64,000 nt of DNA, from the NCBI GenBank assembly GCA_963921275.4, contig OZ001293.3, forward strand, positions 6,176,001 through 6,240,000, written 5' to 3'. Position 1 is the first letter of the stretch, and each line of letters opens with the position of its first letter. Below the pieces are notes generated by a model. The model was not told where the DNA came from, searched no databases, and saw only the letters and a list, made by a program, of their open reading frames with translations. Both the position numbers and the translations under genes were made by a program. The DNA comes from an uncultured Hormoscilla sp. (GTDB taxonomy: Bacteria; Cyanobacteriota; Cyanobacteriia; Cyanobacteriales; Desertifilaceae). Shown here piece by piece: positions 1 to 9,113 of this stretch.

Positions 1-103
1 CAATGGCTGTACAAGCTGGCTTAGATCTAGCTGTCGTAGCATCGGCTGATAGAGAAATTTATACAGCTATTGCTCAAGCTAACCTAATTCTCCGAGATAG
101 TTA
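1..103 (+). CDS. 3' end of a gene entering the window; possible pterin-binding methyltransferase domain (AcsE/MetH-like)
   Basis: Reads MAVQAGLDLAVVASADREIYTAIAQANLILRDS*, resembling the AMAxxAGLDxA C-terminus of pterin-binding barrels; only about 34 codons visible. Confidence 0.4.
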
Positions 104-104
104 G

Positions 105-341
105 ATGACAACTTCATTTCAAAAAGATCTCGAGTCTTTGCGTTCACAAATTGATGATATTGATAACAAGCTATTGGAGCTATTAGTGCACAGAGTCGAA
201 ATTTCAAGCATCATTGCTAAGATGCTGAAGCTCCCTGAAGATTGGATATCAGAGTTATTCAAGATCGTCCTACTAGGTTGTAGAACTATTTCGCATGAGC
301 GTCTCGAAAATGAACGATCAAGTCGAGAATATATTGACTAA
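105..341 (+). CDS. AroQ-type chorismate mutase / isochorismate-pyruvate lyase family protein (short, possibly internally deleted)
   Basis: LESLRSQIDDIDNKLLELLVHR matches the type II chorismate mutase first helix; the usual central K...D..RE segment is not evident. Confidence 0.65.
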   Translation: MTTSFQKDLESLRSQIDDIDNKLLELLVHRVEISSIIAKMLKLPEDWISELFKIVLLGCRTISHERLENERSSREYID

Positions 342-368
342 AAGACAACATTAGTTAAGGAGTTCAAA

Positions 369-650
369 ATGACAATTCTTCGTGTTTTTCTGCAATCACC
401 TCTTGACACTGTAGTTGGGGTGACAAAAGAAGAGACAAAATCGATTAATGCTGATACCGTTTACGGGGCTTTGATTGATCTATGTAACTCACATCCTAGC
501 TTGCGGAATCGGTTGTTCAATGGCGAGCAGCTTAATCCATTTATTAACGTCTTTCTGAATGGTGAGTTGGTGCAACCCTATCAGTGCAAACAACAACCTA
601 TTACTGACTATGACGAGCTATGTTTATTGTTTGCAATCCGCGGAGGTTGA
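369..650 (+). CDS. MoaD/ThiS/CysO family sulfur-carrier protein
   Basis: 93 aa, FINVFLNGE strand, C-terminal AIRGG. Confidence 0.85.
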   Translation: MTILRVFLQSPLDTVVGVTKEETKSINADTVYGALIDLCNSHPSLRNRLFNGEQLNPFINVFLNGELVQPYQCKQQPITDYDELCLLFAIRGG

Positions 651-652
651 TC

Positions 653-1066
653 ATGATTGTGCCACAACATATCAGAAATCAAATTATTTTACATTGCCAA
701 GAAAAGGCACCTTATCAGGCTTGTGGATTAGTTCTCTTTAACTCAGATGGTGTTGCTCAGTCGGTTGAGAAGGCGACTAATTACGGTGCCTGGCCTTACG
801 GTTTCCATATTGCCCCCAAATCGCAGCTTAATGCCTTCCGTAGAGCACAGAAGAAAGGCTGGTCGATTGGGGGAGTTTATCATTGCCATGCAGTATCAGA
901 GGCAATCCCAACCGGTCGAGACCTTGAACGTCCAGTTCCCCCTAATATCCTCTACATCATTGTTTCACTACTATTCCCAGATCGACCGGAAATTCGTGGT
1001 TTCACTTTAACCAATGGTGTCCCAAGTCCTATCGATCTCGACACTGGTAAATCGTTGATTCACTAG
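653..1066 (+). CDS. JAMM/Mov34 (M67, Mec+-like) metalloprotease
   Basis: ATG at 653; PYQACG and YHCH-x7-T-x2-D motifs; directly follows the sulfur carrier. Confidence 0.85.
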   Translation: MIVPQHIRNQIILHCQEKAPYQACGLVLFNSDGVAQSVEKATNYGAWPYGFHIAPKSQLNAFRRAQKKGWSIGGVYHCHAVSEAIPTGRDLERPVPPNILYIIVSLLFPDRPEIRGFTLTNGVPSPIDLDTGKSLIH

Positions 1067-1122
1067 AGTTTACTAGTCCTACATAACTAACATGGATTTT
1101 GTCCTGTACTTAGGGTGAACCT

Positions 1123-2544
1123 ATGTCTATCATTCCCGATCGTATTAACTGGCTTCTTCACCAACAAGAACTCTATCAATTTCTTGTAACTTGTCAGCAT
1201 AATTTTACAGCCCAAGATAGCGAACGAATTATTAGTTTCTCTCAAGCCTTAAACCCACTCGATCCGCTAGCATTTTGTCAAGCAGCTTCTCCCACAAAAA
1301 ATCAATCATATTTTTATCTTGAAAATCCCAGAAAAAAGCAAGCAATAGCTGCTGTTGGAATCACCAAATCAACCACTATTGATTCTCCAAACCGCTTTCT
1401 CAAATCCCGGAAATTTGTTCAGTCTTGTCTTCAGAAAAATATTTGCACTGGCGATCTTCAATTGCCAGGTAGTGGACCATATTTTTTCTGTAATTTCACC
1501 TTCTTCGATTCTCCGGAAAATAGCGACCATTTGTTTCCCTCTGCTACTATTTTTTTACCTATTTTTTATGTATATATATCCAAAAAATGCTGTGTTTTAG
1601 TAGCTAATTTTATTGTCGATTTTAAACGAGATATAGAACTGACTTTCCAGGAAATTCAACAGCAATTTAAAGCTATCCGGAATGCTACTCGCAGTTCTAT
1701 TAACTTAACGTTTATACCACCAGAACAATTGATCCGAAAAGCCTCAGATCATCTTTCCAACTACCAAACATCAGTCATATAAATCTTAAAATCTATTCAC
1801 AAAAAGCAGGTTAGTAAAGTTGTACTTGCCCACACCCTCGATGTCATTTCCCTCATTCCCTTTGGAGTCTTTGAATCTCTTAATCGTCTGCGGCGGCGAC
1901 ATCCCAATTGCTATATCTTCTCTATTAGTAATGGCAACGATAACCACTTTATGGGTGCTAGTCCCGAACGTCTCCTTAGTATCCACAACCAAAAACTTGT
2001 TACCGATGTTCTTGCCGGTTCTGCACCCAGAGGGAAAATAACTTCAGAGGATATCAGCTTTGCCAACAGACTATTGCGGAGTGAAAAAGAGAGGCGAGAA
2101 CACCAAGCTGTGAGTGATTTTATCACCCAGCAGCTTTACCAACTAGGATTGCAACCCCTGCAGTCTCCGCTACAACTGTTGCAACTCTCTAATATTCAAC
2201 ATTTGTGGATGCAAATTCAAGCAAGCGTTCCAAGCGACCTCCATCCTCTCGATATAGTTGCCCAATTGCATCCCACTCCAGCAGTTGCCGGAGTTCCCAC
2301 TGAAATAGCCTGCGAACAAATTCGCCGCTACGAAACTTTTAATCGCACTCTCTATGCTGCGCCGGTAGGCTGGGTAGACTATCAAGGCAATGGAGAATTT
2401 ATTGTTGGTATTCGATCTGCCATGATTTCAGGAAATCGCGCCCGCCTTTATGCAGGAGCAGGCATTGTAGCTGGTTCCGATCCTAATAAGGAACTTGCAG
2501 AGGTTGAACTCAAACTACGATCGCTTTTGAGTGATTTGGGGTAG
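1123..2544 (+). pseudogene. menF: Isochorismate synthase (MenF/PchA-like) with one in-frame TAA at 1780-1782
   Basis: ORFs at 1123 and 1951 share a frame; the interval reads ILKSIHKKQVSKVVLAH...; GASPERL, LHPTPAV and AGAGIVAGS motifs. Confidence 0.85.
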
Positions 2545-2568
2545 CTCGCCCCATTATCCCATTTTCCT

Positions 2569-2677
2569 AGGGTGTGTCATCAAATAGGGAGGAAAGTAGG
2601 ATAAACTCAAAAGCGCCACTGTCCAACCCCCCAAACCATGAGTGATATGAGCACCCGCCGCTATGCGTGATGATCAA
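2569..2677 (+). mobile_element. 5' remnant of an IS5-family (IS427-like) element
   Basis: CTAG-GGTGTGTCATCAA end followed by MSTRRYA then DDQ-like codons, then truncation. Confidence 0.45.
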
Positions 2678-2727
2678 CAGAATTCTTGAGATAACATCAA
2701 AAACAGTTGAGCCAATTGAGGAAGAAG

Positions 2728-4890
2728 ATGAATCTAGCAAACCGGACAGAAGTCAGTCAAACCAAAAGTAGCTATGAGACTCAAAAAGGTATAATTATCC
2801 ATCGAACCATTGAAGCCTTGCCGGACTCAGGGACTATGGATGACCTAATTGAAGCTCTCAATGAATCGCGCGGAGTTTTATTATCCTCTAATTATGAAGT
2901 TCCTGGACGTTATCGTCGTTGGATGTTTGGTTTTATCAACGCCCCTCTTTCAATTAGCGCAATTGGTCGCTCTTTTCAAGTTTCTGCTCTAAACGAACGT
3001 GGACAAGTTATTTTGCCTTTTATTAGAGCGGCGGTTCAACAGTTGAGTGCGGTCGAGTCTATTTCGTTTGACGCAACTGAACTCTCCGGTTCGGTCTGTG
3101 TTACGACCGAGCGTTTCCCGGAAGAGATGCGCAGCAAACAGCCTTCAATTTTCTCGCTTTTACGTTGCTTGATCGAAGTTTTTTATAGCGACCAAGATCC
3201 TTATCTTGGTCTTTATGGTGCTTTCGGCTACGATCTCGCTTATCAATTTGAGAATGTAGAAAAACAAATACCACGCCTACCTGGACAACGTGACTTGGTG
3301 CTATTTATTCCCGATCAGATTTATGTTGTAGACCATTATCGAAATTCCGCCTTTATCAGTTATTATGACTTTGAAATCAATGGGAAATCTACTGTTGGCC
3401 TTAGTCGTGATGGTCTGAGCGTTCCCTATCATCCATCTACTCGGGTAAGTTGTAGCTGCGATCACGAACCAGGACAATACGCGGATTGCGTACGCCAGGC
3501 GCGAGAATACTTTCAGCGTGGCGATTTGTTTGAAGCCGTACCTGGCCAGACCTTTTTTGAACCAGCCAAATTGCCGCCGTCAGCAATTTTTAGGAGTTTG
3601 CGAGAACGCAATCCATCACCTTATCAATTCCTAATTAACCTGGGAGAGCAGGAGTATTTAGTTGGAGCCTCTCCGGAAATGTATGTGCGCGTCATTGGTC
3701 GGCAAATCGAAACCTGTCCCATTTCCGGCACAATTGATCGTGGCAACGATGCTATCGGCGATGCGACGCAGATACGTGAGCTGCTGAATTCCGAAAAAGA
3801 TGAATCTGAACTAACAATGTGTACCGATGTTGATCGCAATGATAAATCCCGGATTTGTATTCCAGGAACAGTTCGTGTAATTGGTCGCCGACAAATCGAA
3901 CTTTACTCTAAACTTATTCATACCGTCGATCACGTCGAGGGGAAACTGGCTGATGGCTACGATGCCCTAGACGGTTTTTTAACCCATACTTGGGCGGTGA
4001 CTGTGACTGGAGCTCCCAAGCTTTGGGCTATGCGTTTCCTTGAGGAACATGAACGTTCACCCCGCAATTGGTACGGTGGTGCCGTCGGCGTTATCGGATT
4101 CAATGGTGACCTAAATACAGGTCTAACATTACGGACAATCCACATTCAAAATGGTATTGCAAAAATTCGTGCTGGTGCAACGCTGCTTTACGATTCAGAT
4201 CCTAAGAAGGAAGAAGAAGAAATCTATCTAAAGGCTGAAATATTCTTAGAGATCGTTCGCGGCTCCAGCAACAGACAAACTCATAAGTGTATTGATCAAA
4301 GCAAAAAAAAGGGGATCGGTAAGCGAATTGTCTTAATCGATCACCAAGACTCTTTTGTTCATACTCTAGCTAACTATTTTCGCCAAAGCGGTGCAGAAGT
4401 CACTACCTTTCGTCCTGGTTTCGATATCGATTACCTCAAATCGGCTAAACCAGATCTTGTTGTCTTATCACCGGGACCTGGTCGTCCTAGTGACTTTTTG
4501 TTAAGCAATACGATCGCAATAGTGAGACAACTAAACTTGCCAATGTTTGGTGTATGCTTGGGACTTCAAGGAATTGTTGAATATTTTGGTGGCAAGCTTG
4601 GGATATTACCTTACCCAATGCACGGCAAGGCTTCTGAAGTGATTCTTCAGGAAAGCAAGCTCTTTGCTGGCCTACCGAAAAAGCTGAAAGTTGGTCGTTA
4701 TCACTCTATCTATGCTATCAAAGAGGAAGTACCACCGATACTTAAAGTTACAGCTATGACAGAAGATGGTATTGTAATGGCTGTAGAACATGAGTTCCTG
4801 CCAGTTTCTGCTGTGCAATTTCACCCAGAATCGATACTTACTTTAGAAGGTAATGTGGGTCTTAAGATTATTAATAATGCCATCCCTTAA
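2728..4890 (+). CDS. trpE: Fused anthranilate synthase TrpE(G)
   Basis: NPSPY, GASPEMYVRV and TGAPK motifs plus C-terminal GATase (SPGPG, GVCLG, QFHPES); GAGG RBS before ATG 2728. Confidence 0.92.
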   Translation: MNLANRTEVSQTKSSYETQKGIIIHRTIEALPDSGTMDDLIEALNESRGVLLSSNYEVPGRYRRWMFGFINAPLSISAIGRSFQVSALNERGQVILPFIRAAVQQLSAVESISFDATELSGSVCVTTERFPEEMRSKQPSIFSLLRCLIEVFYSDQDPYLGLYGAFGYDLAYQFENVEKQIPRLPGQRDLVLFIPDQIYVVDHYRNSAFISYYDFEINGKSTVGLSRDGLSVPYHPSTRVSCSCDHEPGQYADCVRQAREYFQRGDLFEAVPGQTFFEPAKLPPSAIFRSLRERNPSPYQFLINLGEQEYLVGASPEMYVRVIGRQIETCPISGTIDRGNDAIGDATQIRELLNSEKDESELTMCTDVDRNDKSRICIPGTVRVIGRRQIELYSKLIHTVDHVEGKLADGYDALDGFLTHTWAVTVTGAPKLWAMRFLEEHERSPRNWYGGAVGVIGFNGDLNTGLTLRTIHIQNGIAKIRAGATLLYDSDPKKEEEEIYLKAEIFLEIVRGSSNRQTHKCIDQSKKKGIGKRIVLIDHQDSFVHTLANYFRQSGAEVTTFRPGFDIDYLKSAKPDLVVLSPGPGRPSDFLLSNTIAIVRQLNLPMFGVCLGLQGIVEYFGGKLGILPYPMHGKASEVILQESKLFAGLPKKLKVGRYHSIYAIKEEVPPILKVTAMTEDGIVMAVEHEFLPVSAVQFHPESILTLEGNVGLKIINNAIP

Positions 4891-4891
4891 C

Positions 4892-5054
4892 TGTAGCGAC
4901 CTGCAATCGAAATTGGCTCGACCCGCAATCAAGAGCTTTTTGAGACCACATTAATTGAGATTGAAGATGACCTCAGACCCACATTATTTGAGACTGAGAC
5001 CACATTAACTGACCCGGGTCGGCAGCGATCATTGCAGACCCACATTATCTGACA
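4892..5054. mobile_element. Putative Tn7/Tn5053/Mu-type transposon end with repeated binding sites
   Basis: Four AGACC(C)ACATTA(A/T) repeats plus two GACC(T/C)GCAATC copies, bounded by TGT (4892) and ACA (5054). Confidence 0.45.
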
Positions 5055-5128
5055 CTGACTGGTTCAAAACGGTTTTCGTAGATAATCGGCGATCGCCTTT
5101 TTTGCCGCTACCTTAGTAGGGGCAGATC

Positions 5129-5384
5129 TAGCGAAGCTGGCCTGAAGGGCAATCTAGCTTGAAACCCTTACAGAACAAGGGTTTCAAAACTGAAAATTTG
5201 AGGATTGAATTTTGCAGCTTCTGGGCAGTTCCGGCAAAAATCGCCTTTCTGGGTTTGGGGTACTTTTGCCTGAAGGCTTTGACTGGCAATGATTTCAGAG
5301 ATTTAGTGAAGATGGCTCTTGGGAGCACCTCAAGCATTGAAAGCTGCAAAATTTCCTAGATTGCCCTTCATCGCAGCTTCGCTA
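5129..5384. mobile_element. MITE with ~29-bp terminal inverted repeats
   Basis: TAGCGAAGCTGGCCTGAAGGGCAATCTAG ... CTAGATTGCCCTTCATCGCAGCTTCGCTA; TA at both ends; no transposase. Confidence 0.75.
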
Positions 5385-5524
5385 TGTTTACCCCTATATC
5401 ATCGGATTTATAGGCAAGGCGATCGGAAACGTATGGGGTCACTGGCGGTAATTGGGCGGTAATTTCTCCTATTTATTCTTGGTGACAATCCGGAGAGTAA
5501 AAGGCGATCGCATTTAACCGCTCT

Positions 5525-5875
5525 TTACGAGCGTCCTTCCACCTCCTGAATGATAAAGTCTCTCTCTTGCGGTCGGCTACAGAACTGGGTGCTGCCTTTC
5601 ATACCTGCGGTGAAATACTCTTCCTTGCATACCCAATGACGATCGCCTTTCTCCGGTTCCACATAGCGACCAACGATAGTGAAATCGCCCTGCCAGTCCA
5701 ACCGATACAGAATGCGATCGCCGTGCCTGGGAGCGCGCTCGGTCGAGGGCAGTCTGGCGAGTCTCTGTTTCTGTTCTTGGCTCAGTCCCCGAGCAATTTG
5801 GTTCAGTCCCTCAATGCCATATAACTCCCGGATTACCTTCTCCTGGTGTCAGCTGCTTTCATATCTGATTCGTCC
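5525..5875 (-). pseudogene. Degraded hypothetical protein
   Basis: About 107 open codons (HQEKVIRELYGIEG...EVEGRS*) after an in-frame TGA at 5849-5851. Confidence 0.35.
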
Positions 5876-6067
5876 AACCGCAGCTCCGATGTGCTCTGCT
5901 GCTGTGTCTCCTGGGAGCTTGATGTCCCCCGGGAGCGCTAACCGCACTACCCGGGGGACATCGTAGTCGCACTACCCAGGAGACACAGCGCGCTCCATAT
6001 CGCAGGAGCACATTAATCGCACATCGTGCAAAGATAGGACTATCTTGCGGCATTTTGCATCTGCATA

Positions 6068-7132
6068 TTAAAGGCGATCGCCAGTTTGGACATCAAACCA
6101 ATGAATCCGATCGGGTGGCACAGCTAAGGTAAGTCGTTCTCCTTCCCAAGCTTGGTCATTAGGCAACAATACTCGCAGAGTTAACCCATCTGCACCCTCA
6201 ACCCTAAGCCTGATGAGATTGTGCATTCCCAAATTTTCCACCAAATCTACCGTTCCTTCAATCTTCTGAGGGTCTTCTGGGCGGGCGAGGCGGAGATGTT
6301 CAGGACGAATACCCAGTATAATGGACGGGGGCATTTGGAGCAACTCCCGCCCGTGCATGAGAAAGTCCCCCAAAACCGCAGCTTGTCGGTGGCATTGCAG
6401 TTGGAGTAAATTCATCTGGGGACTACCCACAAAAGAAGCGACAAATTTATTAGCTGGATGGGTATAAATTTGCGTGGGGGTGTCTAGTTGCTGGACTATC
6501 CCATTGTTGAGAACTGCCACTTTATTAGAGAGAGTCATTGCCTCGGTCTGGTCGTGGGTGACGTAAATTACTGGCACTTGCTGGGATGCAAATATCTTTT
6601 TCATCTCAGCTCTTACCCGTTCTCGTAGTAGGGCATCCAGGTTACTCAGGGGTTCATCCAGTAAGAATACATCAGGACGACGCACGAGGGCGCGACCCAG
6701 GGCAACCCGTTGCCTTTGTCCCCCAGATAGTTGACCCGGTTTGCGGTCCATTAACGCTTCCAGTCCTAGCAGTTTAGCACATTCAGCGATCCGCTGTTTG
6801 ATTTCAGAAGAGGGTACTTTTTTCAACTTCAGTCCCGATGCCAAGTTGTCATATACTTTCATGTGGGGATACAGGGCGTAGCTTTGAAACACCATCGCCA
6901 TGTTGCGATCGCCCGGTTTTAGGTTTGTCACATCCCGCCCACCGATTAATATCTTTCCCCGAGTAGGTTGTTCTAACCCTGCTATCATCCGCAGGGTCGT
7001 TGATTTGCCACAACCCGACGGTCCCAATAAGGTAAGAAATTCTCCATCTGCTACTTGCAAACTGATGTTATTTACTGGAACTACTTTCTGACTGTAGGTT
7101 TTGTTCAGATTAATTATTTCTACTTTGGCCAT
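6068..7132 (-). CDS. Sugar ABC transporter ATP-binding protein (MalK-like)
   Basis: GPSGCGKST, LSGGQRQR, LLDEP motifs, C-terminal TOBE-like region. Confidence 0.95.
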   Translation of the reverse strand: MAKVEIINLNKTYSQKVVPVNNISLQVADGEFLTLLGPSGCGKSTTLRMIAGLEQPTRGKILIGGRDVTNLKPGDRNMAMVFQSYALYPHMKVYDNLASGLKLKKVPSSEIKQRIAECAKLLGLEALMDRKPGQLSGGQRQRVALGRALVRRPDVFLLDEPLSNLDALLRERVRAEMKKIFASQQVPVIYVTHDQTEAMTLSNKVAVLNNGIVQQLDTPTQIYTHPANKFVASFVGSPQMNLLQLQCHRQAAVLGDFLMHGRELLQMPPSIILGIRPEHLRLARPEDPQKIEGTVDLVENLGMHNLIRLRVEGADGLTLRVLLPNDQAWEGERLTLAVPPDRIHWFDVQTGDRL

Positions 7133-7222
7133 GTTTTTCTGTGCTAATCGCTAATTGCTAATCGCTAATTCCTAGTGACCGGGGTCTTCCTGGGAATGAG
7201 GGTACAGGATAACCGATCTTTT

Positions 7223-8062
7223 TTAGCCTTTGACCGCCCCTGCTGTCAACCCCTGGACGATCTGGCGCCCGCATAAGAACAGTAACAATGCCAGAGGTAA
7301 TGTCCCTACTACTGTCGCCGCCGCGATCGGACCATAAGGGATTTCAAACACGGAACTCCCTCCTATTTGGGCGGCAGCAACGGGAAAGGTTTTCATGGTT
7401 TCCTGGGTCATAAATGTCAGGGCAAAGATAAATTCATTCCAGGCAAATATAAAGGTCAGAATTCCTGTTGTTACCAGGGCTGGTATGGTTATGGGCAGCA
7501 TGATTGTCGTCAAGATCTGCCAGGTATTGTAACCATCGACTTTGGCCGCATCTTCCAATTCCTTGGGCAATTGCTGGAAAAAACTCCGCATCACTAAAAT
7601 TGTCAGGGGCAAATTTATCCCCGTGTAGGGAATAATCAAGGCTAGATAGCTATTCCCCAATTTGAGTCCCTGGATGATTTCTAACAGTTCTAAAAATATT
7701 AACACAAAGGGGAATAGGGTGAGGGTTAATATGCCTGCCATAATTATTTGCTCCCTTTGGATGCGTAACCTTGCTAAAGCATAAGCAGCGGGCGTCCCGA
7801 TCGCCAAGCATGATAAGGTCGAACTGATGGACACTAAAGCACTATTAAAAAGATATCGGAGTAAGGGGCGACGGGTGAATAATTCAACATAGTGTTCTAG
7901 AGTTAACTGCTGCCAACTCGGGAAATAGACATTGGGAACTGCCGCGATCGCCTCATTCACTTTAACAGATGTCAGCACCTGCCATAACACGGGTCCTAAG
8001 CTAAATGCTATCAGTACTACCACTCCGAGGGGAAAGATAATTTTCTTGATGACCAAGTTCAT
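7223..8062 (-). CDS. Carbohydrate ABC permease (MalG-like)
   Basis: LPKELEDAAKVDG EAA motif, WNEF. Confidence 0.95.
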   Translation of the reverse strand: MNLVIKKIIFPLGVVVLIAFSLGPVLWQVLTSVKVNEAIAAVPNVYFPSWQQLTLEHYVELFTRRPLLRYLFNSALVSISSTLSCLAIGTPAAYALARLRIQREQIIMAGILTLTLFPFVLIFLELLEIIQGLKLGNSYLALIIPYTGINLPLTILVMRSFFQQLPKELEDAAKVDGYNTWQILTTIMLPITIPALVTTGILTFIFAWNEFIFALTFMTQETMKTFPVAAAQIGGSSVFEIPYGPIAAATVVGTLPLALLLFLCGRQIVQGLTAGAVKG

Positions 8063-8194
8063 AATTAACTGTTATCTTGTTATTTGTCAGTTGTTATTTG
8101 TTAGTTGTCACATCTCGGGTGCATCCCAATGCAAGTAATTAAGCCTGCGTGGGCTTTGTTTTCCTAGCCCCACCCGGTGAGGGCTGCGTGGTAA

Positions 8195-9094
8195 CTAATT
8201 AATCTGGGCACGGGATTTACTCAGACCCCAAAAAGCGATCGCCACTGCGAAGACCAGCAAGAGAAATGTCACCACAATTAAGGCAGCGCCATAACCAAAA
8301 TCCAGATAGCGCATGACTGTAGCATAGATATAGAGTGACACCATTTCCGTGGCTCCGCCCGGGCCGCCTCCAGTCATCACCTTAATCAGGTCAAAAATGC
8401 CAAAAGCTTGAGCAAAGCGGAATAGCAGGGCAATCAAAATTTGCGGCATTAATAGGGGTAAAGTGATGAAGGTAAAGTTTTGCCAGGGCGTCGCCCCATC
8501 AAGGGAATGAGCTTCGTAAAGGTCTGTGGGAATTGATTGTAGACCTGCTAGCAACAGTATACTAATAAAAGGCGTGGCTTTCCAAACATCAGCGGCGATC
8601 GCGGCCATCATTGCCGTATTTGGCATTCCCAGCCAGTTAATTCCTTGCTCAATTATCCCTAAACGCAGTAGAATATCGTTGACAACTCCAAACTGGTCGT
8701 TAAAAATCCAGGCCCAGGCAAGTCCAATCAAGGCCGTGGGCAATGCCCAAGGCAGGATAGCAATAGTGCGGACAAGATTGCGTCCTGGGAAGGGCCGATG
8801 CAAAATCATGGCAATAATCATCCCCAGTACCAGTTCCAAAAGCACTGACACGACTGTAAAGATAGTCGTATTCCACATCGCCTGCCAGAAGCGCCCGTCT
8901 CCCATCATCCGTTGGTAATTGGCCAAACCGGAGAAGACCGGTTGCAATTGGGTTCCCAGATTCTCCGCAAACAAACTCGACCAAAAGGAGCTTAAAATTG
9001 GGTAGGCATACACTAGCAATAGTAGCAGTAATGCGGGTATTACCAAAATCCAGCCCGTCCGCTGTTCCCGACTGTGGGTTTTATCTGCCTGCAT
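8195..9094 (-). CDS. Carbohydrate ABC permease (MalF-like)
   Basis: LQSIPTDLYEAHSLDGA motif. Confidence 0.95.
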   Translation of the reverse strand: MQADKTHSREQRTGWILVIPALLLLLLVYAYPILSSFWSSLFAENLGTQLQPVFSGLANYQRMMGDGRFWQAMWNTTIFTVVSVLLELVLGMIIAMILHRPFPGRNLVRTIAILPWALPTALIGLAWAWIFNDQFGVVNDILLRLGIIEQGINWLGMPNTAMMAAIAADVWKATPFISILLLAGLQSIPTDLYEAHSLDGATPWQNFTFITLPLLMPQILIALLFRFAQAFGIFDLIKVMTGGGPGGATEMVSLYIYATVMRYLDFGYGAALIVVTFLLLVFAVAIAFWGLSKSRAQIN

Positions 9095-9113
9095 CGATTA
9101 TTTCCTCCCTGAC

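Noticed and set aside
2728..4890. PhzE (ADIC synthase)
   Set aside because: Length and motifs fit the fused TrpE(G) type and no phzD is visible; not strictly excluded
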